A model generated the notes under the pieces. That model did not search any database. It was given only the letters and a program-made list of their open reading frames with translations, and was not told the origin of the DNA. This document shows positions 18,790 to 28,148 of a DNA stretch of 28,492 nucleotides, one piece after another (position 1 is the stretch's first letter; each line of letters begins with the position of its first letter). The position numbers and the translations under genes were made by a program. The DNA comes from Andalucia godoyi And28. Taxonomy: Eukaryota > Protista > Jakobida. The stretch is taken from contig VRVR01000019.1 in NCBI GenBank assembly GCA_009859145.1, positions 1 through 28,492 of the forward strand, written 5' to 3'.

Positions 18790-21700
18790 CTATATAAAAA
18801 CAGGAAGTTCTAGAAGATCTGCCACTTCGCGTAAAACTTCCGGATACAGACGCAAGAACGCGCAGAATGCCTGAACCGGAGACTTCGAAGCTTGCGATTT
18901 CAGAACCATGGGATTCAAAAGGACGCGCCGCTTCCACAGTTCCACAGCCGCCTGTCGATCTCCCATTGCTATAACATGATCAGCAGTTCCGGTATCAAAC
19001 GAATTCAATGCACGCACAACAGCGATGAACACAGTGTCAAAATGATTGAAAAAGTACTTCAAGAATGGAGCAAGATTATTTTGCAATGCATCATTCAGTT
19101 GCTGTCTGGTCCACTCTTTCGGCGCTGCATCAGAGCGAGAGGTCGCTGCAGCCTTCGGTTCGGACTTCTGGTACTCATCAAACTGCGCCATTCTCTGCAG
19201 GAACGCAGGCTTCTGAGCGAGAGGAACGGATCTGGCATTTCCATGAGCGACGAAACCAAGTTGATTTTCATGTCCAAATTTCACCGACTGACCAAGCACG
19301 ACCATGGAACCAGCAGGAATGCCAGTGTCCATGCTCACCAACTTTTTGAAAAGATCGATAATGGGCAGTGGCGCAGCTTCCGCACAACGCCACAAGCGGA
19401 CCGCAAAAAACGGGCCGTTCACACCGCCCGGCATGATTGCAATGCGAACACGATGGCGACTACAATCATCGACCAACTCTATTTCTCGTTCTGCAATCGG
19501 AAACTCCGACGCCAGTGGGTCCACTTCATCTCCGATGCAGAGGACTTCGGTTGTCAGCTGAGCAGCAACATGCAGAAAACTGCAAAGTCGATAGAATACG
19601 TGAGGAGAGACAGTCGGAACTGACGGTACTTCTGACCCACGTCGGGTTTGAATTTGAATGGCCAATGAACAGCTTCTGAGCTGAGTGGAATCAATAGCTG
19701 CTTCGGAAAGATAATCCCTCACAACATTGCTCGTCCTCAGGATGTGTAGACGAGGAGTAAACAAGAAGAATGGAGGATGATCGGTGACGTGCATTTGCAC
19801 GACTCTAATCGGGATGAGAATGCCCATCAAGCAGAGCGTGGAGACCAAGCAATTCTTCTCTTCATCACACAAGCCGTCTTTGGACACTGGATCCACACAG
19901 AGGATGCGACGCACCTCATCTTCCTGTATCGCACCGATTCGCTGCCAAAGTGCATCGAAAAAAGATGAATTTGGTTGCAGGTACCCATTGGCAGACGAAC
20001 GCAGAAATCGATGACTGATCAGAACTGCACAACGTTGCACAAATTCAATAGGCCGAATGACAATCACTGCCTCCGTTTCAGGTACCGCTTCTGCTGCGCT
20101 TCCATTCATACAATTGCCAGAACAAAAGCCAAAAAACGACCCGGATTCAATGAGGGCTCTCAGCGCATCGCGGGCCTCGGCATCGGAACCAAGCTTTAGA
20201 GCAGGAACAACGTAGGAAAGAATCTCTTGATCGGATACCACGCTTCGTGCGCTCCATTCCTGCCGCTGAAGCACAAATGCTTCCAAAAAGAGGTATCGGA
20301 GTGGAACTGGACGGCTTGCAGAAACGAGGTCACCAAATTGTCGCAAAATGAACGTGGAAAAGCTCTTCATGAACTTCAATCGATCGTCATCATACATACC
20401 GCTACCCTCGAGATGCGGATCATTCTCCAGGACGTAGAACGGTCGATCGGGATGAACATCTGCATCACCGCGCGCTCTGCTAGGATTGTCCACTCCCACA
20501 TACACCTCCAAGTTGGCAAAACTCTCTCTGCATTTGAAGATACTGTCTCTGACAGCGTTGCCAACACGATCGACAGAAGAATGCGCCTTGAATTGGCTCC
20601 CTCGTGTGCCAGCAAGAATAACAACTGAACGCTGCGATGGCTGTGAACCCGCATTTGCGAGCATGCTTGAGATTCGCTGCAACCACGACAAGATGCACCG
20701 ATCGATCTCGGACGCAAGGCTGTCAGCTGAAACACTCGCCTTGGCGCACAAACTCAGCAAGTCAAACACCAGAACATACATGCTGGACGGAGCAAAAAAC
20801 AAGGGATCGAGACAGCGATACAAATCTTGACCAGCGAAATCAAATACAGAAATACAGCTTGATTGGATGTGCGAGGCTGCATTCCGAATCTCGGCAAGCG
20901 TGTCATCGATGCCGCCGTTCGAAGCAAGGGGCGACTCCCGGGCTGTCCTGTCCTGCCGTGAATCATCAGCCGAGCCTTCCACAGCATCTGGCATGATGGC
21001 GTTCTCAGAGTCTCGCATAACCGCCGAGAGTGAAGATGACGATGACAACGAGTGAGATTGAGAGACAGTGGAGTTGCGGGCCCTTGCAGCGGACCGCAGG
21101 AACAGCGATACTGCTCCAGCCGCAGCACCACGCTCCGATGAAGCATCCGTCCACGATCGACCATCCACGCCAACTGCAATTTCCATCATGTGAACGCCGC
21201 CAACTTCGGTGCTTTGCCGGTCTGCGTCGTCTGTTCCTTCTTGAGTATGGCAGAACTGCTGCTTGCCGACGCCGCGCAGCAGCTGGATGGTTGACGTTTT
21301 TCCAGCGCGGGTTTCTCCCACAAACAGAACTCGACGACGCGGCAGCTTTGCAGATACCGTGCCGAAATCCCAGGAAAGAATGAGGGTCTTGGAAGGAATC
21401 TTGTGCCGTCTCCGTGTTGGAGGAAGCTTGGAGAGCAACAAGCATGCAAGTTGCGCACGGATATCATTGTCAGAAAGTGAGTTGATCAACGAAATGCGGT
21501 GAGGCAGAGTGATACCCGGCAGAACTGCAGAACTGTCGACAATGTAGTCAAACGAGCGAACGAATACATCGTGCCCCTCTTCGCCCACTGTCTGCTCAAC
21601 GACAAGGTGAAGTCCAAAGGATGCTGATGGATCAGGAGGCAAGCGCAGCACATAGTTCAATGAGAAATGATGAACGGCATCTGAGGAATTGACAGTCATT

Positions 21701-22572
21701 CCCCCTGCAATTCCAATGCGATTCGCCGCTTTATCGTCTTTGGCAGATGCCATCTGACGTGCAATCGAAAAGCGCACCAATGATCTGGATAAATACCTGC
21801 AGATGGACTGCATGCGATGAGGAGTTAATGATAGACCAAGAGCAACTTCACTTAAAACTGAAGACTTGCGGTCTCTAATGAACTGTAACGGGTGGCTATC
21901 GGAATCATCAGTCTCGTCCGCCGTCATCAGACAGAAGTGTATTATTCGTAATCCGTCAAAGACGACTGGAACAGAATAGAACTCGCGGAGGAATAAACCT
22001 TCAGATGATAACAGCGTTGGATTTGGGAGCTCATCAAGACTCCCATGGACCGTAAGTACAGTGTGACCTCGTCTTGGGGACTCTGACAGTGCGTGCTGGA
22101 CAATTTGGAAAAAGGCAGGCAGAAAATAGGCAGTGTCCGATCCGAAAAACAAGACATCCCACTCTAGAGGTGCAAAACGTAAAGTCCAAATCATTTTGCA
22201 ATACAGCGAACGCCCAGGAAAGATCATCTCAGCATTCATAGTAACGCCATTCGACTGTACATTGAAGTTTCCGTCACTATCCAAAGTGACACATTCTGGA
22301 ACCGAGTGCGGAGAGAATGAAACAAGAAGAGGAATACCGACTGTCTCTGCCAACCATGGCATCTCTTCAAACGAGACATCAGGATTCCTACGACAGTATA
22401 TATCCAAAAGCACAACTCGGTGCGGCATCTCCTTCTTCCACAGTAGTAAGAAATCCAATGCGTCACCGAGGTTATCCTCTTCAGTTGAAATCACGCACAG
22501 CCTGTTCGTACCTGGGCCGCATGGAGTGAACACGAGACCTTTACTTGTGCCCCACTCCGGGAAATACGACAT
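18790..22572 (-). CDS. Roco-family Roc-COR GTPase with uncharacterised N-terminus and C-terminal CARD/death-fold-like domain
   Basis: VLFVGETRAGKTS (G1), STEVG (G2), VFDFAGQDLY...LFF...MYVLVFDL (Roc G3), WLQRI, VILAGT (G4), COR-like PVPLRY...LRALIESG...IRPIEFV. First ATG at 22572; the frame is open to about 22626 and a strong splice-acceptor-like tract lies just upstream, so the true start may be spliced. Confidence 0.85.
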   Translation of the reverse strand: MSYFPEWGTSKGLVFTPCGPGTNRLCVISTEEDNLGDALDFLLLWKKEMPHRVVLLDIYCRRNPDVSFEEMPWLAETVGIPLLVSFSPHSVPECVTLDSDGNFNVQSNGVTMNAEMIFPGRSLYCKMIWTLRFAPLEWDVLFFGSDTAYFLPAFFQIVQHALSESPRRGHTVLTVHGSLDELPNPTLLSSEGLFLREFYSVPVVFDGLRIIHFCLMTADETDDSDSHPLQFIRDRKSSVLSEVALGLSLTPHRMQSICRYLSRSLVRFSIARQMASAKDDKAANRIGIAGGMTVNSSDAVHHFSLNYVLRLPPDPSASFGLHLVVEQTVGEEGHDVFVRSFDYIVDSSAVLPGITLPHRISLINSLSDNDIRAQLACLLLSKLPPTRRRHKIPSKTLILSWDFGTVSAKLPRRRVLFVGETRAGKTSTIQLLRGVGKQQFCHTQEGTDDADRQSTEVGGVHMMEIAVGVDGRSWTDASSERGAAAGAVSLFLRSAARARNSTVSQSHSLSSSSSLSAVMRDSENAIMPDAVEGSADDSRQDRTARESPLASNGGIDDTLAEIRNAASHIQSSCISVFDFAGQDLYRCLDPLFFAPSSMYVLVFDLLSLCAKASVSADSLASEIDRCILSWLQRISSMLANAGSQPSQRSVVILAGTRGSQFKAHSSVDRVGNAVRDSIFKCRESFANLEVYVGVDNPSRARGDADVHPDRPFYVLENDPHLEGSGMYDDDRLKFMKSFSTFILRQFGDLVSASRPVPLRYLFLEAFVLQRQEWSARSVVSDQEILSYVVPALKLGSDAEARDALRALIESGSFFGFCSGNCMNGSAAEAVPETEAVIVIRPIEFVQRCAVLISHRFLRSSANGYLQPNSSFFDALWQRIGAIQEDEVRRILCVDPVSKDGLCDEEKNCLVSTLCLMGILIPIRVVQMHVTDHPPFFLFTPRLHILRTSNVVRDYLSEAAIDSTQLRSCSLAIQIQTRRGSEVPSVPTVSPHVFYRLCSFLHVAAQLTTEVLCIGDEVDPLASEFPIAEREIELVDDCSRHRVRIAIMPGGVNGPFFAVRLWRCAEAAPLPIIDLFKKLVSMDTGIPAGSMVVLGQSVKFGHENQLGFVAHGNARSVPLAQKPAFLQRMAQFDEYQKSEPKAAATSRSDAAPKEWTRQQLNDALQNNLAPFLKYFFNHFDTVFIAVVRALNSFDTGTADHVIAMGDRQAAVELWKRRVLLNPMVLKSQASKSPVQAFCAFLRLYPEVLREVADLLELPVFI

Positions 22573-22903
22573 TCCTCTTCTGCACAACTGTGTTGCAAAC
22601 AAGGAATAAAACAAAACGAAAAGATTCTACCAGAAAGAAGGTGAGGCAAAAATGCAAATGCTCCCCTGTCCGAACCCGATGACACATGTGGCTGACTTGA
22701 TGTGACAGACTGACATCTGGCGGAGGTGCTGAGCTGTCGTCATAGCAGATCCTCCATCAACGGCATCCCAACCTCTCAACACGGAGTCCATTCGCGAAAG
22801 TCCAGCCAGCCAGCGAATCGTTTGGGCGCCGCTGATTCTTTTTTTCGTCTTTTCCTGCTGCCCAGTTTTTCCTTTGGAGGCGAGCGTTCCCAACCATTTG
22901 TGA

Positions 22904-23644
22904 CTTTGTGCATCGCGCCCCGCCACGTCTTCTTCTTCGGCCTGGACGCGAAAGGAGCTGGAAACTGCGTTTGACGCGTACCTGCCCGCGTTCCTCGAGT
23001 ATTTTGTGCATCATCATGATTCTGCTTTCGTAGCAGCTGTTCACTACTTGCACACCATTGACCCTGGACAGTCGAATGCCGTGCTGGCAATGTCCGATCC
23101 AGAAGCTGCTGTGATGCGGTGGATGCAGAGGATCGTCATTTGTCCCCTGCATCCAGAGGCAGCGCCTCGTTTCTACGAATTTCTGTCTCGAAAGTCGGAG
23201 CTTTTGGCGGATGTCAGGGTCATGCTGTTTCCCTCCTCAAACACGCCCGTTCATACAACAAGCACCGGAACCACTGCTGCTCTCTCTGGAACTTCTGAAG
23301 TGCATGGAGGAGCATCAGGATCATCAACATCCAGCACACCAGTGAACCGCGTATTTACTCGCCGCGAGGTCACGTTTGAGCATGTGAATGCACCCGCGAT
23401 CAAGACAATTCTTGTCGTTGTGGCAAAGGACCATGAATGGGAATATGCAACTGGTATCGCTGACGATGTTGGGTGGAATGAGGGGAACCGAGGAACGGTT
23501 GGCGCTGGCGATGCCATGCGATACATCGAGTATTCATACAATGGATCAAGAATCGTCTTTGCTGCGGCGTACGCGATGTGCCAGCCGGCCGTGGACAAGT
23601 ATCACGCGCTTATCCACGAGTTTATTTCAACACACATAACGACG
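22904..23644 (+). CDS. N-terminal CARD/death-fold-like domain + Ser/Thr linker + short alpha/beta segment (possibly nucleoside phosphorylase-like); first part of a disrupted or spliced gene
   Basis: Frame open from 22904 (after TGA 22901). WTRKELETAF...WMQRIVICP aligns ungapped to the Roco C-terminus. No in-frame ATG before about 23090, so the start is unresolved. Protein-like character appears to shift to another frame near 23645. Confidence 0.7.
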
Positions 23645-23685
23645 GTAGGGAAAGAGAGCGGATGCACGAGCGGATGGAGCGCAAG

Positions 23686-24945
23686 ACCGGGCCAAATGCG
23701 TATCGTCTGTCGATTCCTGGCCGGTTTCACTCCATTTTTGACACAATCAACCAGCGGCTTCTTGGCGAGCTGCTCAACACCACCGATCCCAGTGCTGTTG
23801 GTGTCGAACACCTGCTGTTCGATGCGACGTGGTGTTACCAAACAGCGGTCGCCGATCTGCCGATCCGCATCGTCGACCAGGCCATCGTGCGGCCCCTTGG
23901 CGAGCTGTTCGCGAAGTTTCAGGAGATGCTGGTCATGGATCCCAGTTGCAACCGTGCGTCGACATGCACGCTGCGGCACTGGATTACCGAAGCTTCTGAA
24001 ATGCTGCTGCGCTTCATTGAGCTGCTGGGCAACGTTCGTGATCGTCGAGTCCACCTGGATCACTGCTCCAGTCCACGTCTTGGCACGCTGTCGTCAGACC
24101 TCGTGGTGGCGGGACGAAGCAGCGGTGACCACGTTTTCGGTTGCCTGCAGTCTCTGCTGGTATTGCTCGACGCACCTTGCCTTGCTGACCTCCGTCCACG
24201 AGCCAGCAGTCTCTTGGCTGACGATGTTGTTCGGCTTTGCGACACCATTCGCAAGGCGCACCGCGCGTTGCTCACATTTACGAAGCGACCTGTGAGCGAG
24301 CATGATTCTGGGTCTCCAGCGCTGTCGACATTGCCATCGACGGCGTCCTCCGTGATAAGCGCTGTCCGACATCGATCGAAAAAAAGGCGGCAGGGCTCGC
24401 AAGATCTGGTGACCGTCCAGTCTGCGTTTGACACGCTTCTCCCGTTCTTCAATCTGTACGACGACGATGCGATGCTGGCCAGCGTGGCGTCCATCATGTC
24501 CATTGCCAAGATGCTCGACACAGAGATCACCGTCCTGGGCGACGCGGCGGTGATGACCACAACGATCATGGACGGGACGGGAACGCATTCGTACGGCGGC
24601 AAGGACGTGGCGTATCGCGGGCCTGTCTTTTGCCAGCAGGTGTTTCCGCGTCTCCTCGCACTGCTGAAGCGCCGGCCGCTCGACGAAGTGCGTTCACGTT
24701 TCGCGATTATCCTTGGCGTTTGTAGCGGTCTCTCGTATCGCGATCACTACTTGATGTCTATTGCGAACGAATTGCTGGCGGTTGCTGGCGGAAACACATT
24801 TGCGCCGTTTGTCAACTCGTTCGCGCGAATCCTCTTCAATTTGTACAAGCCTATGTGCAAGCCGTACGTTGGATGGGTCGATCACCCGTTGTGCTCGCAG
24901 CGGTTCATCACTTCAATGACGGGTCTCCCGGGATCCAACATCTAA
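23686..24945 (+). CDS. Predominantly helical protein segment, unknown function (probable middle part of the 22904-26963 gene)
   Basis: Long ORF (23578-24945) with Leu/Ala-rich, protein-like composition. In the same frame as the following ORF and separated from it by a single TAA. Confidence 0.6.
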   Translation, partial: TGPNAYRLSIPGRFHSIFDTINQRLLGELLNTTDPSAVGVEHLLFDATWCYQTAVADLPIRIVDQAIVRPLGELFAKFQEMLVMDPSCNRASTCTLRHWITEASEMLLRFIELLGNVRDRRVHLDHCSSPRLGTLSSDLVVAGRSSGDHVFGCLQSLLVLLDAPCLADLRPRASSLLADDVVRLCDTIRKAHRALLTFTKRPVSEHDSGSPALSTLPSTASSVISAVRHRSKKRRQGSQDLVTVQSAFDTLLPFFNLYDDDAMLASVASIMSIAKMLDTEITVLGDAAVMTTTIMDGTGTHSYGGKDVAYRGPVFCQQVFPRLLALLKRRPLDEVRSRFAIILGVCSGLSYRDHYLMSIANELLAVAGGNTFAPFVNSFARILFNLYKPMCKPYVGWVDHPLCSQRFITSMTGLPGSNI

Positions 24946-24987
24946 CAAACACTTCTTCTGCTCCGCACAGCGCATCTGGCAGCCGTT

Positions 24988-26963
24988 ATGGCGGTGATGC
25001 GTGTCCTCTCTTCGATCGCGATCCTCGAGCCGATCGCACTTGTTCCCTACCGTGCTTTCTTTGGTGGACTCTTGTTCTCGGCGAGCCTTCCTCCCGCCGC
25101 CGCCGATTCGTTGTGCGTTGTCTGCACAGCGATCGGCAAGACCTGCCTCGACAACGCGACGTACTTTGTTCGCACTGCACTGACTGCTCTGAAGCATGGT
25201 ACACCGGTCACGAACGGCCTGATGCAATTGCGGTCGGGTGTTGTATCGATATGCTCCAGCCTCGTCAGCACATACCCGACCGTCCTGCGTCCCGCGACCA
25301 TGGAGGACGCACTTGGTAACCGGTCGTCTGTCGTCGTCTTCAAATCGCTGACACGGAATGATTTTGTGCTTCTACCGCTGCCCGAGCTCGAGGGCGTGGA
25401 CTTGGCGCCGCAACTGTCGTTCGTCCTCATCGCGAATGGAGACTCTGTGGATGCGGTGGAGTTCGATGCCGTGATCGTGCTTCAGGAGTTGCTGCGGGAT
25501 CCCGTGGAGGCTGTGCGCAGCCAAGCCAAGGATTTGCTGGACACCGTTGTGGCGGGGAAGCCGGTGAACTCGCATCCAGTTGAGCTTGCCATCCGCGATG
25601 CCATGGTCGAGGAGCGGCTCACCACAATGCAAAAGATGTTGGAGGGGGGTTTGATGGCGTCATGCAGCGAGATGGTCGAGATGCGAACGGCGATCGAACT
25701 GATTGTCGGACAAGTGGATGCCGAGCGTGTGGCACACCAGTCGCTCGCTGACGAGGTCGGACAGGTGAAGGAGCGTGTTGCCGAAATGGCGATCGACTTG
25801 GCGCAAGTGCAGAGCGATGTCAACGAACTTGATGCGCAGCAACTGCAGCAAGAAGACATTCGTGAGCTGCGCGGGATCCTCGAATCGCAGCTCTCGGATC
25901 TCCGCAAGCAAGTGGGCGAGTTTGTCCGCCGCGTGCCGGTGCCGCGCCGCATCGTTGTGCGTGATGCGAATGTTCTCCGCGTGTCCGTCGAGCTTCATTT
26001 CTCTTGCGACTGCTCATGCAACGGCCGTGCTGGTCACGGCGACGATACCGCAGCTGATTTTCAGACCTCCGCGAGTGTTGCTTGTTTGGCGACGACGCAG
26101 TGCCGCTCTTTGCAGTGCGGACCGCGAACTGGCGCAAATGGATCAAGGTCAGCGTGGCGTCCCTCTCGCTTGCTGTCTCGCTTGCGACGGCATCGGCCGC
26201 TCATGCCATGACTTCCATTGCGAATATCTACCAGAAGCTCAAGGCGCCAAGTGACGGCGAGTTTGCAAGCATGTGCCGTCAGCTGCAAGAAAATCATGGC
26301 GGTGCACTGATGACCTCGGTCGAGCAAGACGAACTTCTAGGGTCGCTGCGTGCTGCTGGGTTCTTCCAAACGTTTTCGTGGGACCCGGAGATGATGCAAT
26401 GGTGCTGCGCCTCGTGTCGGTCGCACGTGCCTCGCATCCTTGAGCGCGAGGCTCGCAGCAAGATGTTTGTGTCTCTGGCCGAGCAGCTGCGTGTGGTTCA
26501 AGTGCGGCACGCTGCGTTGCAGTTGGATCTGTCGACGCTGGATCACCGCCTACCATGCGAGGGATCGATAACGAAGCAGGGACACAAAGTCAAGAACTGG
26601 AAACAGCGGGTCGCACACCTCGATGTGGACCATTTCTGGTATGCGACTGCGGTGGGACAGCCGCCGATCCGCGTCGTCCCTGTCGCCTCCATTTCTTGCA
26701 TCGCGCCGTATGATCGTCATTCCAACGAGGATTTGAAACTGAACCTGCAGAATCAGAATGAAGACCTCGCGCTTTATCTCGAAACACAAGGCAACGACAA
26801 GTGGTCGTTGCTGTTTGTCGTGGATTCGGAGGCCGAAAGGCAGAAATGGACGACCGCGCTGTCGGATGCGAAGCGCCGACCACTGCTCGTGGTCGATGTG
26901 AGTCGGGTCCGCGATGAAATGACGGCTGTCGAGCAACGGATGCTGGAGGCCGATCAGACTTGA
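24988..26963 (+). CDS. Coiled coil + Cys/Trp-containing domain + C-terminal PH domain (two ORFs joined by a frameshift or short intron near 26075-26115)
   Basis: Heptad-rich segment (VGQVKERVAEMAIDLAQVQSDVNEL), then LHFSCDC...WRKWIKV...WCCASC, then a PH signature GSITKQGHKVKNWKQR...FWY...DSEAERQKWTTALS. Confidence 0.75.
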
Positions 26964-27336
26964 AGAAGTGGCGATGACGATGTTCGCGGAAATGCACGTC
27001 GATGATTGCATTTGCAGCAGCCATTCAGTTCACTGCAAGTCCAGCTGGAACGATGGAGCAGAAGAATGAACGCAAGACTCACCTTCTCACAAGAATGAGT
27101 GATGCGTCGTGGTCCAAAGACGTTCGGAGAATCAATGCATGGGGTGCGACGATGGGATCGAACAGATGGTTGGCGTCGGTTTGAGGGACTTTGCATGAAT
27201 TCCTGATGTTTTTTGCTTTGTTTCATTAGCAAACTGCCTTCTGAGAAGGTCACCACCAGGTTGAGCTTTACGTCTACACGATGCCGAACTTGGACACCAA
27301 AAAAACAAGACATTTCCTCCATACTAAACATGCTGT

Positions 27337-28148
27337 TCACGAAGAAGTCTGTTGTTTTGAACGCTGTACCGAAGAAAAGTTCGTCCATGCAATGGGATTC
27401 GGATAGACAGAATGAGGAAATACTGGAAATTGGTTTTTCCTTCCCCATCTCTTTGCACAGCGTAAACTCAACACACAGACACCTCCAGTCACGCTGCATC
27501 CAATCATCATTCCGATCCCACCAGCATATATATATGTCTCGAGAAAAGAGTGTTGGGCATCCGACGAGCATGGATCACAGGTTACTGGGCACAACGGACA
27601 GGACCTGCACGAGTTCGTTTGCACACATTCAGTTCGTGTGATGTTCACAAAAATTGTTTAATTTGGACAGCTGTTGGATGATTCCAGCGCCTCGATGAGG
27701 CATGGAGAGCAGTTTGCTTCCAAAAACCATACAAAGTGGTGTTCACAAAGACTGTCCTATTTTGGCATGGAAGCGAACTTGCATTAAGAGCAGAACTCTC
27801 ATCAGTTGAGCAAATCGGCTCATTCAAACATTTCACATCCGACCGTACTAGGGAGATGTTGAACACCTTTGTGCTGATATCGTCTTCCGCTATCACGGTG
27901 ACCTTGAATTCCGTATCCACATTCTCAATCAATGAGAAGTTCAGATTGTACGGGTCCGAGAATACAGATATTCCGTTGATTTGAACGACTCCATAACGTG
28001 CGAGAGGAATGGCGGTAATGGTAACAGATCGCACATCTTTATTGGAATACCAACTGCGACAAAAGGTTTGCTCGCTACCCGTGGAATGCGAAACGTGCAT
28101 TTCCAACATGGATTCGCGAGGATACTCTTGCTCCTCAAAGAAGAATCA
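27337..28148 (-). pseudogene. Frameshifted cadherin-like beta-sandwich + Cys-rich segment + single TM helix
   Basis: SDDSSLRS / VRSVTITA...VQING...FKVTVIAEDDISTKVFNISLVRS matches the cadherin-like beta-sandwich pattern. In another frame, CVQTNSCRSCPLCPVTCDPC is followed by IYAGGIGMMIGCSVTGGVCVLSL-RCAKRWGRK (TM + basic stop-transfer). Pieces lie in different frames. Confidence 0.55.

Noticed and set aside
2069-24945. Genome-wide stop-codon reassignment (UGA=Trp or UAR=Gln)
   Set aside because: ORFs of 1296, 1274 and 984 aa with many Trp and Gln codons contain no in-frame stops, and TGA ends the + 7-TM copy exactly where TAA ends its paralog. Sporadic nonsense changes or introns are simpler.
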